64,000 nt of DNA, from assembly GCA_002633005.1 (NCBI GenBank), contig NMRA01000003.1:777665-841664 (forward strand), in the 5' to 3' direction. The stretch comes from Phoronis australis (taxonomy: Eukaryota > Animalia > Phoronida). Position numbers and translations under genes: made by a program. The notes beneath the pieces were generated by a model, which saw only the letters and a list, made by a program, of their open reading frames with translations, was not told the DNA's origin and searched no databases. Of this stretch, positions 25,866-41,400 are shown piece after piece. Numbering within the stretch: the first letter of the stretch is position 1; every line of letters starts with the position of its first letter.

Positions 25866-28800
25866 CCCATTCGTTTATTCATTCATGCATAAATGTATAC
25901 TATACATTTTATTAATTATTTGATTTTATCATGTATCTGTGCAAGGTAAGAAATAAAACATGTGGTTATTGTGCACTTTAGCATTTTCTTAATTTTCTTA
26001 TTTTTCTTTTAGAACATTAGGGTTTATTTCCTCTTCTGTTACTAAATTCAAACTTCTCCAGTGTTTTCAATATTCACACCTTCACTGATACGAACCTCGA
26101 TAAAGAATCTTAAAAAGGTGAAGGGGTCACGTAACAGTTAATTTAATTTAAGTTGAAGTCACAGCCCGCAGCAAATATGTCTGCAAGAAGGGCACAAAAC
26201 TTCCATCTGTGAATTTAGGTTGGAAAATTGTTATCAAGAATAGTCATCAATGTAGTTAAAACAAAACCATAATTTATGAAACTCATAACCGAAGCGCGTG
26301 ATCATTGCCAGAGTAAATATTGGCGGCCATTTTGGATTTGTCGCTACGTAATTTGAACTTAACGATAATACTAATTTCGAGTTTATTTATTCTATTTTAC
26401 GAGCATAAGTGGGTTTTACCAATGTAAGAATTGGATAATGTAAAAAAATGTTCAGAACATGGAGACAAGGTGAGTTAGAAATGTAAGAAGCGTATTCTTG
26501 AATATCTGTGGACAGGTGTTTCAACTGAGACCACACAGTGAACCTAACGTTACTGATTAGCAACATTTGGCCATGCTACATGTATAAACTTGACGACAAA
26601 ATTCAAGTTTTGCATGGAAATAATGGATGTATGACGATTAAGACCCAAACACAATGTCGCAAATAACGTCAATGCTAATATGTCCTATTTACTTTCTGAC
26701 CTACAACTTACCAAGACATATTCTGTTTAACATGATATAAGTCATCACTTCACAGTGCAAAGAAACTCAACACCGTGTTACGCTGTCGTAAACGGTTGTT
26801 CTACAAGTGCTGCAAAATTCTTTACCCTTAATTTTTATAAAAGAAGTGGCTTAACAAAATACAAGTTAAATTATAATATTCGACAAATAGAATCGCCACT
26901 ATAATACATAAAAGATACAATAAATATTTCCTACCATTAGTTTCACGGCCACGTAAGTAAATTTATCTTCACCTGAGTTTCTAATTGGTTTCATTGTACT
27001 GTTTCTTTCAAGGGTATTCCAAGACCTCATGTAACAGCTAACAGACCATGTAACAGCAATGTTAATGTCTGCGATTTTCCCTCTGTCTAGTGTTTACGTC
27101 AAATCGGCCAAGTTAGTCAACAAAATCTTCACACGTGGCTAATAATCAGTTAATAACCGGATATCTTTCAAGTTGAGACTAGCTAATTGCAATCACGATG
27201 TCTATGTTTTACAACACGAAGACGTGGCTTCTCGAACTCGCTAAAAAACTAGAAATAAGCTTGTTCTTCCTTCTTTCACCAATGCTAAAAAGAGAGAAGA
27301 AGAATTGTTCTACGCACATTTCCAGTCACAAAAACGTACATAGTAGTACCAATACCAACAGCCCGCAAATTTGAAGGTGTAAATTTGCTATTAGCTGTTG
27401 CTGGGCATTTTACTGTCAAGTTGCCCGTTATTCATAAAAGTTCACCGTTATGACTATGAATAAATGATATCGTATTGTTCGTACAAACTGAAGTTCTGTT
27501 TGACTTTAGTCGCAGCAAATATAATTTCATGATGGGTTATTCACTCATTATAGCTAACCAGACGTTTCTAACTGCCCTTGAGGTTCAGTGCTACTTGACT
27601 TCCCAAATTTGACATCTTTGTTAACAGAGAGAAATACCATTCCCTCATCCAATTTAACATTTATTTGTTATAAACATTTACCCCCATTTGAGCACGCCAC
27701 AAACTTCTTCATTAATTGTCGCCTCCGCTTGCAACATGGGCAGAATATAAGTTAAACGTCTCCACAAAACACTTGTAAACCAGAAACTCAGACACAACAT
27801 ATTTATAGCTGAAAGACAGCTAGGTTCAAACTCAAGTGTAATCCGTTAATAAAAAAGCGAAAATTTCAATATTAGAATTGTCTCTGGAAATGAAATAGAA
27901 CAGACTAGACTTTTAGAACTAAGAGGATTAAAATATGGCGTATGGAATTACAACCTTCGGGTCCACTAGAGGGATTAGGAAGTAATTTTTTCTATCACTG
28001 TTACAGGGCATGAACACTAATATTAGCGGCTTACATTGAAACAGACTATTCAAGTACACGGTGGTGGCTACACTGTAACCAAATTGCCTGCCAGCAACAG
28101 ATGTATGTTGATACGGCTATATTTCTGCTTAGCATTGTTTTTATGATGATAATAAATCATTGAAAACACCGGATGTTGTTTGTGAAAAGATATTAAGCAA
28201 AACGTTTGTCATTTTACGTTAAAATTGCATTTCGGCATTTTAGCTGGCTAAAAAATTGAACCTTTTACTCTAAAAAAATCGGACTCTTAATATTCCTTAC
28301 GGTGATAGGATTCTATTTCCGTTACAAACTCAAGCCACAACCAATTTGTGCACATGGGCCATTCCCGAAATCGCAGTTTTAGGATTGGTCAACCCAATTA
28401 AACTCTGATGGTCCGATACTCTTGTTCGTAACGTGGATCCTGTTATGGTAAGGAATATTGCGAGACCAACTTAACGAGAGTAAATGGCCTAATTTCATTT
28501 TTGTTTTTAGTCCGCTAAACGGGGCGAAAGACAGCTTTAAGCGTTCATCTGAACAAATGAAATAAGAGAAATTCTACTCACTGTGAGTTAAAGTGTTTAC
28601 AGACGTAAGAAGTACCAACCGCCGCGTTTGTAGAGTATGCTGTGTATTAGAGAACTTGTGAGCACAGCAATCTTTGTCGAGCCCCGGCAAGGCGGTTGTC
28701 AAGTGCGGACTGCAGACATACTTAATTATAATCATAATTTTATCTTTAGGAATTATAGAAATGGTTTCACACGATAAGGAAAAACAAACGTGTGTGCGAC

Positions 28801-31800
28801 GATCACCATTGACTATCATCTAATGAACTGTAAAACAAATGAGGGGTCTTTGTGAGATTAAACGTTATGTATATTTAATGCAGTCGCTCCGTCTCCAGTT
28901 TTATCTCACAGTCAAGTACGCGGTAGCAACATTATCGGTATTACCTGCCAATTCGCAACACTGTGTGAAATGTTTATTTCGTGACTTCCGTTGAAAATAA
29001 ACTCCGGACAAAACATCTGCGCTGATTTTGTAATTAGTTTCCCATTCTAGATTTTTGTCAAATTATTTCCAGCTTATCATATACGCCCCTTATTATTATC
29101 ACTGCTAAAGCCCCTTGAAATTGTCCCACTGACAGCATTACCAAAAGTGAATTCACCATCAACCATACGACTCTTTCCTTGAATGAGGCCGTGTGAATAG
29201 TAGAGGGTTCAAAACTGTGACAGCTGCATATGGAACACTGGGCATTTAAATTCCTGGATTGGTGAATCAGATGAATGGACTTGATGTTCACTCATTATAT
29301 TTGACCTACATACTTTTTATCTCATTGTGATTTTTTGTAGAAACTCGAGATTACTCCTCTTCGCGACAGACTTTGGAGAACGCACGACATACGTGATGAG
29401 AGAAGGGTTTTATGAAAATCAATTATTGTCATTAATATTTGTTGGCGGAGAAGACCTTCGAGCCAATTTTTCACAGTGAAAAACCCCCACGCTGATTTAA
29501 CAATGCTAAAATAAAAATGGGATTAAATGGCACTTAATACTGTGCTTATAGCCGTGGGTGGACATTACAGGGGGGCTCACTAGATGGCACGGTTTGAGAA
29601 ATGAATAGTTCAACACTACAAATTCTATCACAACTGGTTGAGAAGCAAAGAGGGACGAACTCAGATCCCCCGAAACAGCACACAGTGTACTGAACGACAC
29701 ATCTTGTTTAAAACAATTCAAAAACTATGCAATAAGTTTCATTTACATTTAACAGTCTTAAAATGACAAACTCTCCCATTGGCAACTATGAGATAATAAA
29801 TCCCCCACATGTCGTATCAAATTCACCACGATTGCATTACTGTATAAATATCTTTCATTTGAAAGGCGGTTTTCCATAAAAGGAATAATCTGTTATCTTG
29901 AAGAAGCGGTTTGCGACTTACTTGGGAAAGCTCAACTTATCGACTTTGTGTATGTTACGGGTTGACTGTCCCGATAACGAAGACGTTTGCTTACTGGGTA
30001 ATGCTAAGTTGTGTTGAATTTTCCGATTTGAAGAAATTTTGGAGTAATTTGAATAGCGATGTTCCCTATGACAGTTTATCAATTCAGTTATTGCAATTTC
30101 TCTGTAAAGCCAACACTGACTCTTTAAGAACTGAATTTAAAAACTCCGGTAAGCCACTCTGCAAGCTATGATGTTATTGAAGTAAAAAAATAATAAAAAC
30201 GTTTTCCTGTTGCTATACTGACTGTAATATTTAATGTGAAAACAATTTACGTTTAAAAAATATAAAAATTTGTTCATCAAGGAAGTTCACATTTACTAAA
30301 ATATCAAAGTTTCCTATACATCAAATGATTATATTCGCTTAAATACAAGACTATTCAAAACACCTGAATAAATTTATTCGAATATGTAAAATTTTTAAAA
30401 ATTTAATCAACGTAAATTAGCCTGAATAAATTAAATTCCAAAGGAGGCAGGGGACAGGAACCAATAGAGTTCTAATTCTAAACACTGTTCAAAATTAAAT
30501 ATCCCAGAGAAACGCTAATCCGGCATTGCGCGACTAACCAGGAAGCCAAGTATTTAAAACGCCCTTCAAAATTCTACCCTCATCTGCTAATGCTACAGTG
30601 TCCTAAGTAAATTGTTTTTATCCCCGTCACTCAGTTGGGTATTAAAACGTTGCGTCTCCTGTAGATTAGACACGTCTCAGAGATTTCTGTACAATGCGTA
30701 CTGTCATTGTTGAAGTTATACTGATCAAATTCTGTCATAAATTTGAAATCAGGATTTTGAAACAAGGAAGAGGAATTACTCTCTTTGAACAGGACCTTGA
30801 ACAGATTTCCGTTGGTTTAGCACTACTTCAAGGTCATTTACCGTAGATACCTTAAAACTAAGTTATTTTTGTAAAAGATTTCTATGAGATGACCGGCTCA
30901 ACAAAAAAATAACACGCATTATTGTTTGAAATTAATCAGTGCTTGAAACTAGCATATTCCGAGATGTTAGATCAAATATACAAACATAAGAATCAAAAAG
31001 ACGTGACGACCGAATTACTCACCGCAAAAATATAACTGAGGCAGAATTGCAGACAGTAATATGAAATTTTGAAAATACACTTCTTGAAATAGAAGTTGTT
31101 AATTTGGTTCAATTAAATTGCCTAATTTCAAAAGCTACAAATAAATTTCAAATTTGATGGTTCGAGTATACATAACGTAAAATGTGAAACCAAGCGAACG
31201 TGAAAGAGTTACGTTTGCCCATTAATTTTAATTTGTTTTTGAGTTGACTACTTTATCATGTGCATAAGGTATTTCAGCGTGATTTTAATTGGTTTTCTTG
31301 GATCAAAATTATCATTATTAGCAGACGATACCGAAGAACGTGATCTCAGCATGTCAGGTGCCAACACTGGTTATATTGAATGCGATATTTGTTGATTTTG
31401 GATTTAACGCCACTTTTTATTGGGTATTCATTAAAGCTTGTCACAAAAGTTTTGGAGGTGATTAGTGGGTTCAGTAGGTGTTATCCTGAAACAGTTCCCC
31501 CAAACTGACCAATGGGATTCACTGCAGATTTTATCAGCTTGTTTGCAGTTGTGTAGTGATAAATGATCGTTGTGTTATTGCCTGGTTACACGAGAATTTA
31601 GCGATACCAGTGGAGGTATTTTGAAATGCACGTGAAGATTCACAATAACAATTCACGACTATATCAACTGATCGAACAGTTTCTAAATACAATTGAAAAA
31701 GTTTTAAGTTTTCCGAACGCTGGTAATCGATGTTTGGAAAAACTTGTCACCCAGCTGATCATTGAGAAAATATTCACCTCGAAATAGGGCGTGGTCATCG

Positions 31801-32321
31801 ACATAGTAACGTTTACCCGTTAAGTAATAGTTTGTAATTATTATATTGGTGCAATACTTGTGAAGTGTCTGCTTTGATTTCTGCCAGCAGTATTAGCTTA
31901 ACGTGCGAATGCACCGATCTCTGATGTAGGCCTACTTATATTGGGCAAAATTTTCGCAAAATAATTGTTAAATAAAGGCTTTTAATTTTGAGTGCGTTCG
32001 TCTTGTTACTGACCAATGAGAAGTATATTTCAGTGACTGAAATTAGGGGCTTTAAACTGTTTCTTGCAGCATAGGGCTTACAGACACTTAAGATGTATTA
32101 GAAATATATACATGAAAGCAGTGACGAGTTAAGGTTTCTCGGAGAACCTAAGCTATAAGAAGTTATGGGCTATAATGATACACTTACATGACGTATGCAA
32201 GAAAAATTCAATTTTGGCAAAATTCAATTTACATCTTAATTTTTCTCATGTCTATAATGTCTATTTTCTTGCCGTTACTAATCGTGCGAGTTATCCAGCG
32301 CTACTCCTACCACTTAACAAA

Positions 32322-32427
32322 GTAGGCACTCACAAGTCATGTCAGTAGAGTTGCTTTATGTGACGATACACATTGTAGGCACTCACAAGTCATGTCAGTA
32401 GAGTTGCTTTATGTGACGATACACATT
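32322..32427. repeat. Perfect 53-bp tandem duplication
   Basis: GTAGGCACTCACAAGTCATGTCAGTAGAGTTGCTTTATGTGACGATACACATT occurs twice, head to tail. Confidence 0.95.
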
Positions 32428-34238
32428 GAACTTTAATATGAACTAGATACTTCTTTTTGTTTTCACCCGTTATGAAAATAGAATGAGTGTCCGTCACCAA
32501 TCAAATGATGCACATAGCTGTCTACTGTTCCAGGTGCATAAAAAGTGACATTTGGAGTCAAGCAAGGTGGCAGGCCAATTTTTGGGGCATGACCTGAAAT
32601 TCAAAAAAAAACAATACTCGTAATGCCATATTAATTTGATTTCTTTTGGAAGTCACTGTATACTAAAATGTTGATGTTTTGACCATAGTTTGCAAGTGAC
32701 ATCGACGACTCCGCTTTGGTCACTATGACATTTTTGTGTTGCCTGAAAAACAACACAGTGACTGAGAGGGAAAGTGAATTTCAATCATAACCATATAGTA
32801 CATACATGTATAACATTGATTTGTGATGTCTAGGATGGCATGCTGTACGCTGTCGCAACGCGTAGCATCATGGTGACAGAAACATTTCTAGTAAAAAAAT
32901 ACCTTCGCAGACAAACATAAAGTCCACGTCCTGATAACGCACCTGGTCGGGTCGTTAAATCAGCTATAAACTCACGTTCCGTCAATGGAACAAATTTTGG
33001 TTTAGGCAACTTATCGCTACAAAACTGATTTCTACTTATTCCTAGGGAAGAGGTTTCTGGGAAGAAATCCTACTGCGTTATTGCTTGAAACCATTTCCGA
33101 TGCATAAAAAGACCCGCCGTGACAAACCACCTTGCGGAGCCTCGTTTTTGAGCAATTATCCACTGTTAGTCGTTTGCAAGTTAGGAAAACACTTTACATT
33201 GATTAAGAGAAAGCTTGAAACCTATTTTGTAATTATGGATGGTCTAATTTTTTTATTTATGTATTCAAACTTCTTTAAAAGACTGGGTGACTACTTCAGT
33301 GAATACATTGATTTTCAAGTGGGCCCAGTCGGAAATGATTATATGGAGTAAAATAAAGAGAGCTATGTATAATTAGATTGAAAACATTAATAAATAAAAT
33401 AAATAAGATATAAAAATTAGTCAAAGTATACAGTTAGATGAATAAATAAGATAAAACAGAGTAAAATAATGATGAGAAGAGGCCTACAGTCTCGAACCGC
33501 GCACAAAGTCCCAGTTACGATATTTTTCACAAAATTTGGAGTCCATGTGAAAGTTTATTCTTTAATATTTCTCAACAGGTATGAATCAGAAGAAGATGTC
33601 AGTCTATTGCTTGTCAACGTTTTGAAAATTTCCATTATTTGGATTAAAGTAATCAGACTTTGAAAATAAAAATAAAATTTTGACAATTATCTTTGTGCAA
33701 ACAATTACCGTATACATATAACTATACACTGAACAGCGCAGCTTTTGATAACTGCACAAATGTGGATGTCATTTTAATCGAAATAGCTCCCTGACCGTCC
33801 AGGGAAATGAATTCAGATTCGAATTTGGAAGAGAAATAACGAAAATCTTTCATGCGCAAACTTGTTCTGTCTTGAGCGAAGTTCGGACTTGATTCTTTGT
33901 AACTGTATTGGCTATCTTTTTAAGTCTGAAAATAATGTTAACTTATTAAAAATGGTAAGCAACTGCAGTAAATAATTTAAGTATCACTCTTCTTATGTCG
34001 ATTCATTTCTAAATTAAATTACTTCAGTGAAATTATTGTTGTTGAGTGATATGTCTGAATAAATCCTCCGTCAATATAAGGAGTACTCAAACAAGGACAG
34101 TTTTTACACCTCGGTTCCAATGTAAACACAGAGAAAGTTCCGTTACTGGTTGGTGAAGTTTTCAGCTGAAGAATTTTATTTCCGGCGGTTGCAAATTCGG
34201 CGTCCGAGTCCCGAGCATACAATTCCTAGTAGGCGTTT

Positions 34239-34365
34239 GCAGGTTTATATGCTCACGTATATACGGGCGTGCAGGTTTATATGCTCACGTATATACGGGC
34301 GTGCAGGTTTATATGCTCACGTATATACGGGCGTGCAGGTTTATGTGCTCACGTATATACGGGCG
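34239..34365. repeat. 32-bp minisatellite, about 4 copies
   Basis: Unit GCAGGTTTATATGCTCACGTATATACGGGCGT starts at 34239, 34271, 34303 and 34335. Confidence 0.95.
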
Positions 34366-37300
34366 ACTGAGTATACATGCTAAAGAAGTGGTCGTTCTGT
34401 CATATCTTTTTCTTTTTAGTTGTTTGTTATTATTGTAGGAGTTACCGAGAACACGCCTTCCTATTATTTACTTATCATAAAACTGTGCATCCAGGTTTTA
34501 TCACATTATAATACACAATGGCCGATAGATGGCTCTGTCGAGTGGACTCAAAATCTCAGTTGAAGTGGATCGTGTTTGCCATTGAGTCACGCCAGGCCAG
34601 GATACAATGTGCTAGAAAATTCGGAGCTTTTAACTTCAAACTGATAAAGAAATGAAAGTGGAACAAAATAATGAACATATGATTCACGCCATAGACCTCT
34701 GCATCGTAGTGTACATATTCAGCGCTGACAGTTTCGATAAGGTGCAGCAAACTAACTCACTCCCGGGGGGGAACTTTGGTAAAATCAACTACTCCCTGAA
34801 AAAGGCTTTGTTTTAAAGTGCACAGTTAGCTTAAGGATGGTACTTCCGTCCCACAGAAAATCGGAAGTGTAAAAGTCTCACTATAAGTGTTATGTCACGA
34901 TGACCGTGTCACCTAAACACATACATCATTTTCTAATTTAAATACTTCCTTATCGTTACAAATATTGACCGTCACCATTTATTTCAGCAGTGTGTCTTCA
35001 AAAACAAACACCTATCACAAAATTATTTACCGTAAACTTATCATTTAGCCCCCCTTTCAAACGTGCGGTTACGACTGAGATAACGAGGCCCTGTCAATGC
35101 AATTCACACTCTGCCCCCAATGTATTAGATCCTATCGCAGTTAGATTGGTCAAAACTTAGATAACACTTATTAAACCAGTCTAAACCATGTGACCTAAAA
35201 ATTGTATAGTGCATGAAAGTGTTCCACGTGTTTGTACACCCAGAAAATTACTCTGGGACGAAATATTTTACAAACACAGACTACTTGAAAGAATAATCAA
35301 AATCCAATTGTTGTTTGTTTCAGTAGAACATGCTACATTAATAAAGTACACTGTAAATTTCAAAAATAGACAGCTCGGCTCTTTTATCCTAGCAAGGTTT
35401 GTAGAAAGCACGGAAATATCTTGATTTTTTGAAAGTATAAATCAATTTCCGTTGGATATATGTCCGAAACTATGGGGAAGCTTGAGTGAATTAATTTCAT
35501 AAATTAAATGACATATCACCATGTGACAATACTTTTGTAAGTTGTGATCTAAGACGATGTCTAGTCTTTTGAATAGCAAGATTTACTACGACACCAAGTG
35601 AGATATCAATTTACAGTTTGTTCACGACCGATTCGCGCTTTTTCTCAACAGAATAAGATTAGAGTGTTAAGATATCCGGATTAATATATGATGTGTAGTT
35701 TTATGTACAACTGAGATTATTCTTGAACGAAGAAACCAAATAAGGAAAACGCAATCTACCGAAATCTCAGTCGGCTTAGAAAACAAAGAATGCAGCGCAA
35801 GAAAGACTTTCGGAAACATATCAGGATGCACCTGTTATGAAAATTCTCAGTATAAACCAGCTTCCTTCTTATCTCCAAACTCAGACTTGACTTAGACTCG
35901 AAACTTAACAAATCCTGCCGCACGATTTGAGGACAAAATAGTAAGTTCACTCGAAGCAAAGCCCCATGCAAGTACAGTTACTTTTCAAGATGAGAACCCG
36001 GGCCCAGCGCCCGATTGCAGTTAATGTAAGTTACACACTGGATAACAATGCCACGATCACACCACGGGGCGTCACGTGGTCATTGTTGAACAACCCTTCG
36101 ACGCCAAGCAACGATCGAACTTATCCAGGGCATGAGTTAAAAGTTTAATGCAACGCCGTCACGACGGCATAATTATTATATCGTTTTCATTACAGTTACC
36201 ATGCTTGATTGGTTAATTCGAAAATGCTTCGGTGAATGGAAAATTTCTGTTGTTTCTGTTACTCTCTGAAACCGCCACAACTCTCATGTTTCCACCCGGT
36301 TTCTCGTGCCCTATATGCATCATTTCCGGAGTTCTTGTTGCACCCTTGTAGCAAGTTCACATAACAAGATGCAATCAAAATTCAGCAGAGGAGACCAACC
36401 GATAGAATTACTATAAAAACAAATTGATCTTGTTGTCACGTTAGTCCAATATAAAACCACTTAATCTGAATAGCGCGACTTTTCATATACGAGTAAAATG
36501 CGAAATACTTCGTTAATGACTATTTCATTTTAAGTCCCTCAAACGTTGACAGTTATACTAAACCGCGTATCTTTGTTATCGACGACCAAACCTAACCATT
36601 TTTCTTTACAGCATTGAAAGGGTCCGATAAGAATGATTGCCTTTAAATGATAAAATTCAATTATTAAACAGCACTCTGTTATTAGTCTTCATATAAGATA
36701 CATGCGTGAAGAACTATGAAAGATTGGATTAGAAGAAATATTTGAACACGTTATTTATTGGCTGGGAGTAAGCCGAAGCAATTAACAACCGATTATCCAA
36801 ATTTGCCGCGTGCTGTGTGGCCAAAATAATTTATTGAACAAGATCCAAAGTAAATACTTGAGCCATGTAATCAGTCCTAAAATGAACTCTCGAAACGTAC
36901 GGCATTTCAGAATGTGTTCAAATTTCTCAGAAATGAATTTTCCATAATGTTTGTAATATACAATAAGGAGACGTGGGTTTGATACTTCCTCATTTAGCCC
37001 GAAATTTTACACACCGCTAACATTTCCATAATTTATAATACGTTTTGCATCTGACAACAGATCCATACAACTAGTAAGTGAAGTTCCAATTTTGTAACGG
37101 AATTTATAACTGAATACACAAAGCAATCACACACTTTTCTAATATGGGAATCGTAATTCTAAAATTAAAAAAAGCGTTAAAATATGAACGAAAGTAATAG
37201 TTTTATAAACAAGAAAATTTAATCGAGTGTTTCTTTACACTTTTACAGATCTTTTTTACCTGAAAACTACACTGCCTCAGTTCAGGTCACACCATGATGT

Positions 37301-37959
37301 AATAAAAGAGGGCGCAACGTTCCTGTGAAAGAAGCATGATTGACCAATGCTTTACATCACAAATATTGAACATTACAAAGGATCAGACGCGTATCTATAT
37401 CTACGTCTTGCTAACCGCATAATACATAGACTTGTTCGATCTTCTCCAAAATGCATAAGACATAGATTTGCTCGAATTTCTCTAACATGCGTCAAAATGC
37501 ACCCAAACGTCTATTTCTTAAAGAGTTACTTCAGATTGCCAAAAGCCATCAAAGGGAGATTTGGACATTATTTCCGACGCCGACAAGTTCGTTAGTAGCG
37601 TGGGTGGTTCATGCTGCCATCTTCCAGTGTATTTGATATGGGATGGGTTTGTTTATCGCTGGTTTCTCGTATTCTACGTGAACTGTATTCATTGAAAGCT
37701 TTTTTGTTTACTTAATAAAGTGTTTCTAAATCCTTTTTGCGTATTTTACGCAACACATTATGTTTTCTTAAAAACTAATTTACGGTTGAAACGGAGTGCT
37801 TCCTTCCTCGCGTCCGTCCTACATCGTCCGCAAAATAAATCATACATTTTTGTCGAATTTACTCTAATCTTGTGCAACGATGTACTTACAAAGGATACTA
37901 AATTCTGTAGAGTTCTGGGGGATTTCAGGCAATCCTCGTTTTGCCTTATGCTAATGCCC

Positions 37960-38003
37960 CATAGGTGGCTCTGAAAACACACCATAGGTGGCTCTGAAAA
38001 CAC
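37960..38003. repeat. 23-bp tandem duplication
   Basis: CATAGGTGGCTCTGAAAACAC occurs twice. Confidence 0.9.
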
Positions 38004-38464
38004 TGTATCATAACTTGGGTCCTGTGGGTTTTGATGTGTAGTTTATCCCCATAGTTCCCGTGTAACGCTTGCCCACAAAGCAGACAGCGTTGTTTGTGAG
38101 TAGAACATAGAATTTATAAAATTTCAAAATGCATAAAAATTCACTAAATATCTGCTTACAAGGTGAGGTTGAGGTGCAGCGGCCCAAAACTTTTCAGTCA
38201 CGCTGTGAAATGATGCTATCTGGACATGGGCTTGATGAAGGTTTCGTGGTTGATAATTGATCGATATTCCCTCATTCATATTCTTTTGAAGACACAAGTT
38301 CGTACTTATTTTTCCGTATTCGTAGGACATGCAGGAAATTTCGCATGCGGTTGAAGTCCAAGCAATTGATTTATTATGCGGGTGTTGTTTTCGGTGCAGG
38401 TGGATCTAATAACCGAAGTGCCGTAATTTTTATTTTTGTATGTGACAGTATAACACTTACACTT

Positions 38465-41400
38465 TTTTTTTTCACTGTGATATATATTTATTGAAGGATA
38501 CACAGAACATACAAAGAAATAATAACAAACCCAGAAACCGCGAAGCATTATATCTGGGTTGTAAACAATTCATAAATGAAACTTGTATACATAGAGATAT
38601 ATACAATTAAGTAGTATCTAAAATAAGTATTCCAATACTTAGACATGCTATTACAGATAAATAAAAACAAAAATATTTACAGATTCATGTAGGGAAATCA
38701 GATGCAACAATATTGATAAACGGTATATAAAAATTTGCTAACGTTGCTTAGGAGGAATTCGTTAAGAACAAAGTCAAGGTTAGGACTACCATTCAGTAAT
38801 AATGTAACTCTAGTAGGGATATTATTACAAGAATTGAGAGCGTTAACAACTGATTGGTTATCATTGAGTGCACGAAAGAGTGAGTCTCTCAGGGATTCGA
38901 TGAGGGGACATTTGAAGAAAATATGAGGATAAGATTGATGGTCACCACATTTACAGTTTGGAGATACATTACTAAAGTTGTGCCTGAACTTGTCAGAGTT
39001 GAGGAAAAGGCCACATCTTGATCTGTACAATGCTATTTCGTTATCGCGGGTAAGGGAGAATTGAGTCAAGGGTGTTGAGTTATCAAAATTATGAAAAACA
39101 GTTCTAAAATTATTTTTTATACTCGTAAAAGAGTTGCTTTCCTTAACAGAGACTGGAAGAGAATTCCAGTTGTTGATGCACATCATGACTGTAGACCTTC
39201 TGAATGCCTGACTGAACGACGGAGGAATTGCATATGGGGTGGAGAATCTCAAATCACTACGATGGCCTTGTCTAATATATAGATCAAATATTTTTTTGAC
39301 AGACACGTTGTTGACATTGTTTATTACCTTGAACGTAAATGTGGTCATGTGAAGATTGCGTCGAGTAGACAGTTTGGGCCACTTGAGATTATTCAAAACC
39401 TTAACACTATTGGATCCCCTGTAAGCTCCAGTTATGAGTAAGGCGGCTTGATATTGTAACTTCTCCAAATGTTGGAGTGCACCCGTATTGGCAGACTGAT
39501 ATATAATATCACAATAATCAATGTGTGGAAGTACAAAGGACTTGAACAAAACTTCTAAATGTGTAGAATTCAGATGACGAGAGACAAGCTTAAGTGGGTT
39601 AATTAGTTCCTGAGTTTTTTGTACGAGCTCCCGAACGTGAGGGGTGAATGAGAGTTTTTCATCTAACAGTATACCCAGATGTCTGTGCGACTGTTTTCTA
39701 GGAATGATTTCATCATTAAGTTTAAGGTCATAAGACGGGTCAACAAGGAAGAGAGCATTAATAGATTTGGAGAAGGTAAGGTCAACGCTTTTTTCTGGTT
39801 TAAAATTCATTCTCCATTCTTGTGACCAATAGCTTAGTTTATTTAAGTCGTGTTGAAGCTGCAAAGAACATTCAGGGCTGCTCCCTGCGAAGGGGTAAAA
39901 AAGCGCCGTGTCATCTGCATAAAGGTATGTGCTACATGACAGGTTATCAGGAAGGTCATTAATATAAACCAAGAAGAGAAGAGGGCCCAATACGCTACCC
40001 TGCGGTACACCTGCGTTTACAAATCCAGGATGGGATAAAATTGAAAGTACGCCATCGACACGAACACTGTATGTTCTTTCGGAGAGATATGAGGTGATCA
40101 TGTTTAAAAGATTACCAGTAATGCCATAGGATCGAAGTTTGTGAAGTAGAAGGTCGTGAGGGACACAGTCGAAAGCAGAAGCTATATCTAGAAAAATGGA
40201 CCTGACACTCTCTCCCTTCTCAAAATGTAAATGAATCTCATGTACTATTTCAACAAGTTGTGCCACGGTGCTGTTCCCACGCAAAAAACCAAATTGACGA
40301 TGATAGATCAAGTTGTTTTGTTTGAGAAATGTAAGAATACTTTGAGCAATGATCTTCTCAAAGATTTTGGACAGGGTGTTAAGTAATGTTATTGGGCGAT
40401 AATTTGAAATTTCAGTTTTGGAGCCTTTTTTGTGTATGGGGACCATAATTCCATGTTTCCAAGAAGACGGATAAATGCCTAGCTGAAGAAGTTTGTTAAA
40501 CAGATTGGTCAGGGGCATGGTAATTTCGTTGGCAATCATTTTGATCATCTTGCTGGTTATTAAAGCTGTGCCATCATTCTTATTGGGGTCAATTTCATTG
40601 AGATACTTCCGGACATCAGTTTGATTAGCCGGGATGTCAGACAGTTGATTGAGACAACGTTCACGAAGAAAGGGAAAGTTACTTACTTCAGTTGGTGTAA
40701 TGTGGCTTTTGTTCGTGAAAAATTTGAGAAACAAATCACACTTGTCACTACTACGTGAGGCTAGGTTACCATTATAGTTGATGACAGGATAGGAGGATTG
40801 CTGTTGACTGCCGCGTATTTTATTGATGATGTTCCAGTATTCTTTGGAATTCTTGCTTGCGCTGTTAATTTGTTGAAAAAGCTTGTGTCGGTGATCAGCT
40901 TTGGCTTGATTTACTAAAGTTTCAACCAGACGTGACTGCTCCTTGTATCTGTTGTAGATTATAGTGTTGTTAGATCTTCTGAAAGAGCTGTAAAGTCTGT
41001 TTCTTGTGCGGATTGCCCGTTTAACATTACTGTTGAACCACGGTTTGCTGTTGTGTTTAATTATCTTTTCAGTTGATGGGATGTTGTTTTTTAAGATTTC
41101 ATAGAGAGTACTAGTGAAGAGTGAAACAGTGTCATCAATGTCGCCAGTGTTCAATATGGAATCCCAGTCAGTGTTGGTGATATCCTGACGCAGTTTATCG
41201 GTGTCGACCTGATCATATTTCCAGTTGGTTCGAGTGGTGTGTTGCTCTTTAACCGGTTTTTTAAGTGTTAGAGTGGTTTCGATAGTGTGGTGATCAGAAT
41301 TGCCAACAGGAGGTAGTACAGAACATGAGTCAATGATACTCAAATTGTTTGTTATACACAGGTCAATACATGAATGAGAAACGTCGGTGATACGGGTTGG

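Noticed and set aside
34239-34365. 32-bp repeats as a CRISPR array
   Set aside because: The units are contiguous with no spacers, there are no cas genes, and the context is eukaryotic.
26000-38100. Hidden protein-coding gene in the interval downstream of Pitx
   Set aside because: Only short ORFs without motifs or a consistent splice chain; it looks like regulatory and repeat-derived DNA.
38124-38450. Mutator-like transposase remnant next to the LINE
   Set aside because: Only a faint resemblance (RSTCTENNTRIINQLLGLQPH); not enough to call.
38735-39282. Plus-strand ORFs within the LINE
   Set aside because: Antisense shadows of the RT ORF.
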